From Octopus vulgaris (Eukaryota): a DNA stretch of 64,000 nucleotides. Positions 36,303 to 50,182 of this stretch are shown one piece after another. Position 1 is the first letter of the stretch. Every line of letters begins with the position of its first letter. The notes below the pieces were generated by a model that did no database searches, was not told the origin of the DNA, and saw only the letters and a list, made by a program, of their open reading frames with translations. The position numbers and the translations under genes are program-made. The stretch spans positions 71,114,001-71,178,000 of the forward strand of contig OX597815.1 of the NCBI GenBank assembly GCA_951406725.2, read 5' to 3'.

Positions 36303-37026
36303 ATATTTTTAACATGTAAGGATTTTTTTAACCATCTTGGTTATAATTGCGGTTTGTTCATAATTATAAACGCTTTTCTTCTTTATATCTTATAACATGT
36401 TTGGCCATTGATATATTAATAAATAATCTTAATTATCTATAATATATCCTCCGTAATGTTTTTACGTTACTCTCGACTTATTTAAATTTTCCTAACTCAC
36501 ATCCGGTGATTTTGCCGTGGCTCGAAATTAACGGTCTTTTCACATAAACACTGTGCATTGCATTTGAATTCAAAACTTGATTGTGTAGATAGAGGTGAAA
36601 ACATTTCTGTTGCCGGTCGAGATTCATGCTAGTCCCGAGGTAAAGTTTTGTTTTGATTTCTATCTATTGGAATATTTCCCCTGACGAGGCGAATGAGTTA
36701 CTTAAGTGGTCCCTAACGCCGAAATTGCAATAGGGAATTAACCAGTTATTTTCAAGTTGTGGATTCGATTTGCCATGTCACCCGAAGACAGTTTTATCGC
36801 AAGGAGAAATAATATGAGTGATATAATGGATTTATAGCAGTTTTGGCTGCTATTTTTAACATGTAAGGTTTTTTTTAACCCTCTTAGTTATAACTGTGAC
36901 TTGTTTATAATTACAAACGTTTTTCTTCTTCCTATTTTATGATAACATGTTTGGCCATTGATATATTCATAACTAATCTTAATTAATAATATATCCTCCG
37001 TAATGTGTTTACATTACTCTTTACTT
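36303..37026 (+). mobile_element. 547-bp hammerhead-bearing non-coding unit with a partial tandem second copy
   Basis: 36303-36480 is repeated at 36851-37026; TA-rich runs on both sides; hammerhead in between. Confidence 0.82.
36676..36737 (+). ncRNA. Intact type I hammerhead ribozyme
   Basis: TTCCC-CTGACGA-GGCG-(25 nt)-CGCC-GAAA-TTGCAA-TA-GGGAA; all core nucleotides present, stems I and II perfect, palindromic stem III. Confidence 0.88.
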
Positions 37027-37079
37027 ATATATATATATATATATATATAAATGTATATATAGAAAGAGAAAATATTAGC

Positions 37080-37880
<801 letters not shown>

Positions 37881-39249
37881 GGTATTAGAACCACAATGCC
37901 AGTTATCACCCATGCAATATGCATACACAGGTGCCTCCGTGTGTGTGTGTGGTATACACAGGTATATATTGGGTGTGGAAAGAACGACAGCCGAATCACC
38001 GACTCTGGAACAGGGAATGCAAGGGGAGCAGGGGTGCATGGGATGCAACTGCATCCCCTAAAATTTTGGATGGTTTGGGTGGGGGTCAATGAAAACGCTT
38101 TGAACGTCCTCTTAGGAAAATGGGCTTGCACCCATAGAGCGAATGTCGTTTCCGCCTTTATGAGTAGGATTCATGGAGATCCATACAAGTAAATACATGT
38201 AAATATGCACAACTCCAATATACGCCCGTTCCGGTCCGAGCACGCATGCGCGCGTACGTGCATGCACGTAGGTGTAGGAAGGAATTGATAAGGTAGGATT
38301 AGACTGACAGCAGAATACAAGAAAGCCCATACAAATAAATAGGTATTGCTATGAACAGTTCCCGTACACAACCATAAAGATTCACTCGCACGCGCGAACG
38401 TACACACACGCACGCGCGAACGTACACACACGCACGCACACACACACACTCACACACAGGAGCACAAGAGCACATAACCACACACATACATCTACAGGCA
38501 CCATGCGTACTAAAGTACACACTCATGGACATGCACAAGCACACGCACGCACAAACACACACACACACACACGTGTACGCTCACACGTGTACGCTCACAC
38601 GTGTACGCTCATACACGCGCGCATACACACGTACGCATGTATGCATACATACACACAAGGTATACATACACGCAAACATGCACACAGAGGCTTACTTATT
38701 TAAAAAAAAACGCCATACCACACGCAATCGCAGATACGTACACGTGTATACTAGAATGCACTCACATAAGCAAACACACATTGATACACACACTTAGGAA
38801 CATGCACACTCACTCACAGAATGAACTCAACCACACAAACACGCACACAAAGCCACATATGCGCGCGCCCACACACCCACTTGCTCTCATCCCATAAATC
38901 TTTACGGGATGACGAGCGAATCCCAGCGTATCTGAGACTGAATTGACCTTGAACAAAAGGCCGAACCCTTAAAGAGGTCACGGATGGCTAATGCACATAT
39001 TCACAAACACACAAACACACACATAAGCAGGCAAGCGGCTGCACATATACACATACACAAACGCACGCAGACACAGACACACACAGCCACTCACGCACGC
39101 GCGCATGAACACACACACACATACATACACACACACACAAAGCTCTTCGTTTACTCTCACCCTTACCTTCTCTTCTAAGCAAAAATATACAGCATACATA
39201 CACAGGCGTAAGACTAATACTCGGACAGACTAAGGGGGAGAGATAGTAG

Positions 39250-39323
<74 letters not shown>

Positions 39324-39579
39324 GTAATGCAAGACCATTGAAAAGGTCGCAGACAGCGACGAAAGAACTGTAACTGACAAACAGTTATTGATCGTTTAAT
39401 CAGCACAGTAAACAAAAGATCGATTGGTTAGTTGATTAGATGTTTATCTAATTGGTTAACAATAAAGTAGTGATATTGAACTAGTGCGTGTGTTATTATT
39501 GGCGTAATGACCCTTCTAAGCACACAATAATATATATATATATGGATGTATGTGCGCGTGTGCATATGTATATAGTCGC

Positions 39580-39708
39580 AGCAGGCATGACTGTATGGTA
39601 AGCAGCTTGCCACGACGTGGCACCTTGGGCAAGTGTCTTCTACTATAGTATCGGGTCGACTAAAGACTTGTGAGTGGATTTGGTAGATGGAAACTGAAAG
39701 AAGCCCGT

Positions 39709-39715
<7 letters not shown>
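39580..39715 (+). mobile_element. SINE A fragment, duplicated at 40743-40840
   Basis: GGCACCTTGGGCAAGTGTCTTCTACTATAG...GAAAGAAGCCCG. Confidence 0.85.
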
Positions 39716-39763
<48 letters not shown>

Positions 39764-39971
39764 TTGTGTGTGTGTGTATGTGTGCATGTGTGTACGTGTG
39801 TGTGTGCGTCTGTGTGTGAGTGTTTACTTACGATGAACAGCAGAAAAGAGTCCAGTTGTCATCAGCTACGTATTCATCACACTCACCTTTGTTTCTCTTC
39901 ATGGGCGTTTTAAAAGTTACTTATGTGCATGTGCGTGTGCATTGTGTGTGTAAGTATGCGTGTGCATGTGC

Positions 39972-40019
<48 letters not shown>

Positions 40020-40729
40020 CTATGTATGCAGTGTCATGTGTATATCTCTGAAGTTGATTTCAGGCGTTATTCTCCCCTTTTTGACCTCACATATTTGAAA
40101 TCTCAATTTTTTTTCCACTGAACCAAATTTCAAATTTTGTATTTGAAAATGTAGCTTAGGAGGTGACCAGTCTAAAAATGTATAAACATCATCAAATATG
40201 GTAAAAAAAAAAAAAAAACTCAATTAGTGACAATCAGTGGTCGCGAGTGAGTAGATGTTGACCTTAAGAATATTATTCATACATGTGTGTGAATGATATT
40301 TATTACAATATATATTTATTACAATATAGTGCATTCTATGAATATGAGGTAGATCTTTGCAAGATACCTAAATACTGAATTGAATCAAACATTTTGCAAT
40401 ATTGGTTTCCAATTTTGGCAGAAGGCCATCGAATCCGGAGGGGGCGGAAGCTGATTACATCGACCTCAGTGCGCAGTTGATACGCATTTTATCGAGTACC
40501 GAACAGATAAAAGGCAAAGACGACCTTGGCGCATTTTGAACTCAGAATGTAGAGACAGGCGAAATGCCGCGAAGATTTCACCATGCGTGTTAACCACTCT
40601 ACCAGCTCGTCGTCTTAGTACTGTAATAAGTAATAATATTACTTGAAAATTGTTTTTATGTACTTTTGGCACATTTAGCTTATATAATAACTTTTTTTCA
40701 TTTTGAATATTTTTTGAAAAGATTAGCAC

Positions 40730-40832
40730 CACGACATTCGTCGGCACCTTGGGCAAGTGTCTTCTACTATAGTATCGGGTCGACTAAAGACTTGTGAGTG
40801 GATTTGGTAGATGGAAACTGAAAGAAGCCCGT

Positions 40833-40873
<41 letters not shown>

Positions 40874-41750
40874 GTGTGTGTGTGTTTCTTATATAAAATT
40901 TTTTTTTATCGATAATTAGCATCATGGGATTTCTGTAGTCGAGATCTATAAAAAAAGTAGTTGTCATCAGTTGTTTTCAACTTATCCCCTCTCTAAAGCT
41001 ACGTATTCATCACACTCACCTTTGTTTCTTTTTCGCTGGTTTTTACCTCAGTACTTTTTCTACTGAATAGTTTTGCGTATAACTAACATGGATAGGTTCC
41101 TGTTGTCGAGATCAATCATATAAACTAAAAGAAAATATAGATTTATTTTTAAAAAAAATATATTTGGACTGAAAGTCGATTTCAGGCGTTATTCTCCCCT
41201 TTTTGACCTCACATATTTGAAATCTCAATTTTTTTCCACTGAACCAAATTTCAAATTTTGTATTTGAAAATGTAGCTTAGGAGGTGACCAGTCTAAAAAT
41301 GTATAAACATCATCAAATTTGGTGAAAAACTGATTAGTGACAATTAGTGGTCGCGAGTGAGTAGATGTTGACCTTAAGAATATTATTCATACATGTGTGT
41401 GAATGATATTTATTACAATATATATTTATTACAATATAGTGCATTCTATGAATATGAGGTAGATCTTTGCAAGATACCTAAATACTGAATTGAATCAAAC
41501 ATTTTGCAATATTGGTTTCCATTTTTTTCGGCACATTTGGCCCCAGTAGCTTTTTATTTAATCGACCTCAGTGCGCAGTTGATACGCATTTTATCGAGTA
41601 CCGAACAGATAAAAGGCAAAGACGACCTTGGCGCATTTTGAACTCAGAATGTAGAGACAGTTCCAAAAAAAAGGATACGCTCCTTGGATACCGGACCTAC
41701 TATGGATTGCTTCATTTTTAAAAACGAACTATTTTGATATATTTTTAATC
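40730..41750. repeat. Patchwork duplication of flanking sequence, probable assembly artefact
   Basis: Blocks identical to sequence ~1.1 kb upstream alternate with blocks identical to sequence ~1.1 kb downstream. Confidence 0.75.
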
Positions 41751-42344
41751 GTGGGGTAAAATACTTTTTAGTCGATTTGTATATACTTTTTTCTTGACAG
41801 GCCCTCCTATATATTTTGTATTTTTATATGTGCATATATATTTTTTACCTTTTCTGCTTATATATGTATTTCTTAGATATGTTGAAGGGCATGGTATTAT
41901 TTGTGTATGATGAAATGCATAGAAGCGTCGGGTTATATAAAGTCAATTTCTTTATAAAACATGAGGTTAAGAAAAAGAGGGAATGTTACGAGGACAGACA
42001 AAACTTACATAGGGGTCAGGGTATCGAATGAGACGAGATCTATAAAAAAAGTTAAATTTATATATAGTTTTCTTTTGAAAGAAGAATGAGTGATTTACAA
42101 AAAATGATGCGGAGGACGCGGTCGATCCAACAAACCACATACTCACGCTGAAGACGTTGCATTGTCCTGTTTTGGTTCTCGTGAATATTTTTGCGAATAA
42201 CTAACATGGATAGGTTCCTGTTGTCGAGATCAATCATATAAACTAAAAGAAAATATAGATTTATCTGGGGACGGACTAAACATGACCGCGGGCCAAATCC
42301 TGCTCTTGGGTTGTATGTTTGATACCTGTGTGCTATATTATTAC

Positions 42345-42670
42345 TTATTCTTTTAAGTGTTTCAGTCACTGGACTGCAGGTATTCTGGGACACTGTCTCC
42401 TGAACAGTTTAATCGAACAAATCAACCCCAATACTTATTTTTTAAGTTTGGTATTTATCTTACCGGTCTCTTATGTCGAACCGGTAAGTTACGGGCGTGT
42501 AAACAGACCAACATCGGTTGTCGAGCAGTGTTGGGGACAAACACAAACGCAAAGGTACACACCTACCCACACTCATACCTCCACACAAACAAACATACAT
42601 ACACTCACATACACACACATCATGGCCTTCCACACAGTTTCCATCTACTAAATTTATTCACAAGGTATTG
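42345..42670 (-). mobile_element. SINE family A, older and head-truncated
   Basis: GTTTCAGTCA...TAAGTTACGGG.GTGTAAACA...CAGTTTCCATCTAC.AAAT. Confidence 0.8.
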
Positions 42671-42864
42671 GCATCATCGGATTCCTCTAGTAGATATCTA
42701 TCAGAAAAGTTGAATATAAAGTATGGTTTTCTTTTGAAATAACCCGAAACCACAGGATTGCAAAGTAATATCCTTGGATACCGGACCTACTATGGATTGC
42801 TTCATTTTTAAAAACGAACTATTTTGATATATTTTTATAGATGGGGAATAAATTACGGGGAAGT

Positions 42865-43275
42865 GGATCTTTTCGGTTTGGACGACAGTTTTTCTAGCGG
42901 TGTCATATGAAATTGTCACCCATAATTATTACCCTAGTATCGATCTATTGCATTTCAATCTGTTTTAGGGTTAGGGATGGGGGAAGGGTATCTTTTTTTT
43001 CTTCAGAAATGTAAATAAACCCAATCTGTTTCTTAAACGAGGGACATTCATACGGCACAGAATGTTTTTTTATCTCAATAGACGTCATTGATTGGTTGAA
43101 ATTGCAGACATCAAAGAATAAAAAACAACAAATATCTTGCAAACTATAGAATTTTCTCAATAAAGCCAAGAGAAAAAGATGTTTTATAAACACATTCTAC
43201 CAGTATACGAAGTTTAAAAGTGTTTAGTTACGTGGAAATTATTTTAAAAAACTGCCGTTCAAACCGAAAAGATCC
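42865..43275. mobile_element. MITE with 29-bp TIRs and 9-bp TSD (Mutator-like)
   Basis: GGATCTTTTCGGTTTGGACGACAGTTTTT / AAAAACTGCCGTTCAAACCGAAAAGATCC; flanks CGGGGAAGT and CGGGGAAAT. Confidence 0.88.
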
Positions 43276-43776
43276 CGGGGAAATATTTACAAACTTTTAA
43301 AATTCAGTCACATCCTCGACGGATTTAAATATACGTGTTTTTTTCCTATTCTTATACCTTCTTTTAGTTCAGAAATAATTTTCTTATCCTTCAGCTCATT
43401 TGTTGCCCTAATTCCCCTACCACACACACACTCACACATTTCACCCTCGTTCGCTCCTCTTTTCGTTTCTGCTTTGTTCTTCCTCTCTCACCAATTTTCT
43501 CTCTCCTACAGCTTCCTGTTTGCGAATGAGGCTCAGACAGTCGTGAGTTTCTTGTCAGTTGCAGCCAATTTTTCAAACATGGAGAATGTAAAACACTGCT
43601 GCCTTTCTTTCACTTCACTCTTGTCTACTTTATTCTGTCCGAAACGTTCCATGGCAATTTCACTGTGCCATTTCTGTCGCTTTTTACCAAATAATACGTG
43701 TTTTGCCGACGCAAATCGCAACCAACCACTTTAGATTCTGTTATATTGAAGTATTCTCCAGAGCAAAATTAAACTC

Positions 43777-43830
<54 letters not shown>

Positions 43831-44026
43831 GAAGAAGAAGAAAAAGAAGAAGAAGAAGAAGAAGAATAACCAGCCAAATATGGTGCAGGAATAGAAATTA
43901 TTCTGTGTAAGCATTTCTAATCTAAGAAGCGGTATTAAAACAAAAATACAATTCGCTAAAAATAGTAGTCGTGCAAAAAATACTGAGAATACAACTCAAA
44001 GAATTTGTGTGCGTGTGCGCGCATGC

Positions 44027-44088
<62 letters not shown>

Positions 44089-44769
44089 ATATGTATGTAT
44101 GCATATGGTATTACAGTCTTATATATCGCTGAAATAGCAGAGGTTACAAAGCCACTTTATCAGCAGCAATTAATAACGATGAAAATAGCTATAATTGTTT
44201 ACTAATTAGCAATTTATCATATATAGGAGCTATGGTAGAAAATATTGATTTCTAACATTGGTGCAAGATCAGAAATTTCTAGGAAATAGCTATAGAATAT
44301 CAGTATATTAGTATATTTGTTTATTTGCATATTGCGAATATATACTTTGCATATTACGAATATATACTAACCAACTAGGGGGTTAGTATATATAGTCACT
44401 CGATATGCTAGGAATAAGCATCCAGATCTCCCTCAAATCACACCCTTTGTGTGTTTTTTTTTTAATGTAAAGGGGACACTGAATAAAGTTGTCCTGATTA
44501 GACTATACTTTAATAAGACGGGGTAGTCACGGTTAGAATGATTTTGATCAAAGATCTACTCAGAATCGATTTAAGTTTGAATAAGAACAGTAACAAGAAG
44601 AGTTAATAAATATTTTACTGTGGTTGCAGACGGACGAATAGCGTAATATAATATAGTATAATATAATATAATATAATATAATATAATATAATATAATAAT
44701 AATATAATATAATATAATAGCATATTCTACCAACAGTTCTGTATGTCAGTAAGATATACCAAAGTACCG

Positions 44770-45140
44770 TGAAAAATTGGTAGAAACCTAGATGTTTCAC
44801 AAAAGATGTTGGAAGAAGGATTCTGAAAACATACTGATAAGATCAAAGAACCAATGAAGACATTCTAAAGGCAGCAATAGAAGACTTACGAAATCATTTA
44901 CAGAGTGAAGATTAAAACTAGCAGGTCACATTTTTCGGTTCCCAGAACAACGCCATTGAAATGGACATCACCAGAAGGGAAAAGAAAGACAGGAAGACCG
45001 AAAAGTACATGGAGCAGAACATCCATAACCGACATGAAAGAGAGAAGCCAATGTCGCATGACCGATGCAGAGAAAACTGTAGCCAACAGAAACCTATATC
45101 GTCAGCTTGCTGTCCAATATGCCGGAGAATACAGATGAAT
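44770..45140 (+). mobile_element. RTE-clade LINE 3' fragment
   Basis: LKWTSPEGKRKTGRPKSTW matches the W.P.GKR.RGRPK.TW C-terminal motif; upstream TNEDILK. Confidence 0.75.
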
Positions 45141-45391
45141 GAAACAGTTACTTAATGATCAGCGATTTAATGGAGGACATATATTTCTGCAACCATTTCT
45201 ATTGAAATATTTACTACTTCTAGCCATCTTACAGTTCAATATAATAGAAAGTATCATTTCACGTTCCTCAAAGTTTCTAAACTTTTATGATGTAAGCAGC
45301 ATACAATTCTCACCAGTAAAAGAATGCTTATAAATTGGATGGAGGAATTCGAAGGACTGCTTTGGTCCAATGGTACAAAGTCTGAGGTGTT

Positions 45392-45558
45392 TATTTCTTT
45401 ATTTCTTTATTGCCCTCGTGGGGTGGGGGGATAAACATAGAGGGGGCAAACAAGGACAGACAAAGGGATTAAGTCGATTACATCGTCCCCAGTGCGTCAC
45501 TGGCACTTCTTTAAATGACCCCGAAAGGATGAAAGGTAAAGTCAACCTCGGCGGAATG
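45392..45558 (-). mobile_element. SINE family B, tail type 2
   Basis: TTTCTTTATTGCCCTC...AAACAAGGACAGACAAAGGGATTAAGTCG...GAAAGGATGAAAGG. Confidence 0.85.
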
Positions 45559-45859
45559 TCTGAGGTGTTTGCAACAGATGTAAGTTCGTGTGCCACGGGC
45601 AATCTTCAGCTTTTCTACACAAAGGGTTATTTAAACCAATATTTACATGCTATTATGTACAATATATAATAATATATTGTTTGAATTAATAATCTATAAA
45701 TCAATTCAGAATAAAGCACGATATATACAATATATATAGATGTCACTCGCGAGTGAATATGATTTGGCAGTATGTACTTTGTTTTCACAAATTGCTTTAG
45801 GCATCAATTTAGTTTACATTAAGCCAAACACATTTTCAAAGAACTCTCAACATTGACCT

Positions 45860-46095
45860 TGCGAAATACAGAAAATGTGACAGCTGGAGGAGGGAAGAGC
45901 TGTAGCTGTAAATGGCTGGTACCTGTTACAGCAGAGACCGAAGTAACATGAAATGAAATGCTTTGGAATAGATGCAGTATGTACATGAAATGAAGTGTTT
46001 TGTCCAAGAATGCAACGCACCACTCGGTCTGGAAACTATAACCACGATCTTGCTATTGTGTGTGCAACAACTTAACCACTTGGGCATGCTCCTTC
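45860..46095 (-). mobile_element. SINE family C, old copy
   Basis: TGAAATGAAGTGTTTTGTCCAAGAATGCAACGCAC...TAACCACT. Confidence 0.6.
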
Positions 46096-46999
46096 ATATA
46101 TAGTATAATAGTCAGATCATAATCTAAAGATAAAAATAATAACTAACGAACAGTATTTCGACAAAGGTTAATAAATATAATAAGTGTTGTACAGAAAATC
46201 AACAAAGAAAATACAATAAACTTGTTGTGGGGAGTGGAAATCCATCGTTTTGGATAAAATCTTTCTTCGGGGAAAAGTTGACAGGCTGGAAAATAAAGAG
46301 AAATTTATTTTTTGCTTTAGCATATTGTAAGGACTCGAGCACTAAAATCTAAACAGAAATAAGTAAACAATAAGAAAGAAATATAAGTCTGGTCATATTT
46401 CAGTACTAGTCTAACCTCACTGAAAAAATCATGAACATCCTTTCCTAATTTTCTGAAAGAATTACCAATTAACTATGCAAAGCTGTGCATAATTTAGGTA
46501 GGAAAATATAATAGTTTGAGGATTAAATGAGTGAAAGACGCCAGCCGGATAATAAAAGAACAGGTATGGTAGTATTAACATCTTTGAAAAAGGGAGCATT
46601 AAAAGAGAAACTAACTAGAGACAGATACAACCGATACCAGTCTACTTGTTTATGCCAAACCTCTAATATCTAAAGAAGTAACCATTGAAAAAATCAATGA
46701 AAATAAAACAAGAAGAAAGCAAGTCACCTATTAAGTAAGAGGTTATAGATATCTAGTCAAAGACAGACGGATATTTGCATATTTTTATAGACAAATTATT
46801 TGTTTTCTTTTAATCAAATATACAGAATAATTTATAAGGAAAGGCTGGTGAACTGCTGTCAGAATTGCGAGTACTGCATTGAACACTTTATAGCGTTTAG
46901 GTTTGTCTTCATACATCTAAGGCTCGAAATCCGCATAAGTCAGTTTTTAATTCAGAGAATTCCTGAAATATATTTAAATCTATTCAATCGATCATACGC

Positions 47000-47165
47000 A
47001 GGCGGTGACCTGGTAGAACCATTAAAAAACCGGACAAAAAGCTTAACGGTATTTCTTCCGGCGCTTTACGTTCTGAGTTCATATTCCACCGAGGTCACTT
47101 TGCCTTTCATCCCTTCAGAATCGATAAAATAAAGTTGTTGATGTAATCAACGTATTCTCTAACCT
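47000..47165 (+). mobile_element. SINE family B
   Basis: GGCGGTGACCTGGTAGAA...TTACGTTCTGAGTTC...GAGGTCACTTTGCCTTTCATCC. Confidence 0.8.
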
Positions 47166-48140
47166 CAAAAAAAAAGAAAAAAAAATAGTGAGAGAGAGAG
47201 AAAAGAAAGTTACTTTGAATCCTGCAACAGACCGGCGTTCTGTTCAGAGGGATGTTGTGTACTCGGTCATTTATATGTAATGGAAACCGAATAGCCTTTG
47301 GAGTTTTAAAGCTTGAGAGGTGAAAAATCAATCACACTTTTAGCTTACAAATATTGGTCGACTGGCATATGAAAGGTTGTGAGAATAGCGTGGATATTTC
47401 ATTGTTTTTCTTTTTCTCTTTTAGTCGAAAACAATAGCATTGTTTATGACTCCTTCACAGATACTTTGGAGGGAGGGAAAATACTCCTCAAACAGGAAAC
47501 CTGGCCCGAATGCTTATAAGACAGTGAACCCCACCAAAGATCCCCAAGGTGGTAGTGCTAAACCGAGCGACGGATTAAGTCTACGTAGGCCATGGTATGG
47601 ATTTGAATTCTGAACGCAAAGAGCCAAAACAAATACTGCTAGGCATCCAATCTGGTACTTATAGCATTCCGCTAATGCATCTCACTAGATTGATGTTTTT
47701 TTTTATTCGATTTTAAAACGTTGAGGAATAAAGGTGACTACGGCGGGATTTGAACTCAGAGTATAGAGAATCAGATAAAACACTGTGAGGTAGTCTCTTT
47801 GACGCTCTAACGACTCTATCACATTCATGATGAGTCAAATCTTATCAGCAGTTGGGTTAATTTTTTATGTCTGAGCTCAGTGAAATAACTACCAGTAATA
47901 TAGGAATATTCAATGCAAACATCTATTACTATCAGCAGCCATCTTACAGTTCAGTACAACAGGAAATAATAATATACTAGCAGGACCATGGAATTAATGA
48001 TAAACCTATTAGGTTATTTCTGAAAACTTTATCCAAAAACCTGAAAGCGTAGCTTGTGTTGTGGCTGGATCAAAAGATAGTCGCTCGTCTGCTAATCATT
48101 GAAAAGTGAAAGAAATTGGAATACGATGGTTACTTAATGC

Positions 48141-48235
<95 letters not shown>

Positions 48236-48929
48236 CATAGATTATGAACAATTTTACAGACTTAATACACAGTGCTCATAGAATAAATATTCACTCTTAT
48301 TTTTCCTTTTTTCTCATAAACAAAAACCAATATCACGTACATATGATACAACCTTTAGTTAAATTGCATATATCTGTCACGTAAATAAGCGTGAATATTT
48401 CGCGGACTTGCACTTATAACGCATGCGTTGATAGATGATATAAAAAGCTTAGTTCAACTAAAAAAGGATACATTTTTCACTATACAATCACCACCGCCAC
48501 CTCCACCCCAACCACACCACCTATTCTTTGTTGATTTTCTGTACAACACTTACTATATTTATTTACCTTTGTCGAAATAATATTCGTTAGTTATTATTTT
48601 TATCTTTAGATTATGATCTGTCTATTATACTATTCTTTTCTTTCTCTAATCACGTGAAACCGTTTCCGACGGGCAAAATAACGCAATGACAAGTAGAGTT
48701 ATTTATAAGATTCTCCGAATATAGATTGAATGTAGCAATTCAAAATATGATGCAACACTTACTACATCGATAGCAGTCATTCACAGGCGAGTATGACTTG
48801 TTAATATGTACCATGCTTTCGCTGATTATTATGTTGGTCTCGAGCAGACATTAACATCGTCTCAGCCCACCCGCTCCTTGACCTTGCAGACCATCGAGGA
48901 TGTGAAAGTTAGGAGGAGAGAGGATTGTA

Positions 48930-49535
48930 TCAGTAGTAAGCTGGTACTGATTTTCAGCTGAGTAGACTGGAGCAAAATGAGGTGAAGTGCCTTGCTCAAT
49001 GACAAAGTGCACTGCTCAGTCCAGGAGTCGAACTCACGACCTTATGATTTTGAGGCCAGCAGTATTATCACTAATCCACGCTCATGTGTATAAATACTAA
49101 TATTGTTTCAGATTATGATACGAGACCAGCAGTGGTGGGACAAGTCCATTACATCGAACCAAGCAATTGAGTGGTATTTTATTTTATCGGTCTCGACTCC
49201 GAAAAGATGAAAAGTATTTGAACAGAAAACGTAAAGAGCCGGAAGAAATGCTACTAAGCATTTTGTCCGGCACACAAACAATTCTGGCGGCTTTCCACTC
49301 CAACAAATACTTATATTCTTTCTAATATTGGTGCAAGGCCAACAACTTTGATGAGAGGTGGATAGAAATCGATTACATCGACCCCAGTGCTCAAATGCAA
49401 CTTATTTTATCGACCCCGAAAGAATGGAAGGGAACGTTGACCTCGAAGGATTTTGAGTCCAAAAACCAAAGAGCTAGAGGAAATTTTTCTAAGCATTTCG
49501 TCCGACTCATTAATGACCCTACCAGCTCACCGCCC
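48930..49535 (-). mobile_element. One SINE C followed by two old SINE B copies
   Basis: Family motifs at 48930-49085, 49100-49300 and 49310-49535. Confidence 0.7.
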
Positions 49536-50182
49536 CAACAAACTTTAACATTGCCAACATCTGTAGTAATTTGGCAGAATCGATAGAGCAGCGAATAAAA
49601 TGATATATGGTGTTTAATTACATCCCATTTCATCCTTTTTTTCCTAACTCACTGGGATCGGTTAGCATTTCATCTTTTCAGGGTTGACAAAATAATTCTC
49701 CGTTAAGTACTGAGATCGATATAAACAACTATGCCATCACCAAAATGTCTGGTCTTCTGCATATGTTAGAAATCAATATTGATAAAGAAAACACACTCTT
49801 CTTTGTAAGTATTGCTGAAAGAAGAGAAGACATAATTTAATAAATTAAAATACTGGACGCGTCTGAATGATTCGATCGTTGCTCGCGGGTGAAATTAATT
49901 TCTAGACAATATGATAATATAAACTGGCGAAGGGAGGTAATTTCTAGTATTTTTCTGTTTTACTTCAGTTAGGAAAGCATCTACAACTGTTGCCTCAGGT
50001 AAATGAAATTTGATGGCGGAAAACTGCGGAAACCCCTCATTTTCTGTCTGTCTGTCTCTCTTTCTCTCTGTCTATCTATCTACCTATCTATCTATCTAGC
50101 TATCTGCCTGTCTGTCTTCCTGTCTATCAGTCTGTCTGTCTCTCAATATATGCATATTTATCTTTCAAGATATGTGTGTGGG

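Noticed and set aside
38010-38135. hAT-like terminus (CAGGG...GGGGTGCA...TGCATCCCC)
   Set aside because: No matching opposite terminus or TSD identified
39875-39905. Minus-strand splice donor AAAG|GTGAGT
   Set aside because: No acceptor or reading frame upstream, and it lies in the suspect duplicated region
46240-46290. Minus-strand CCGAAGA-AAGAT..ATCC-AAAA hammerhead-like relic
   Set aside because: Two core positions and the cleavage site are altered
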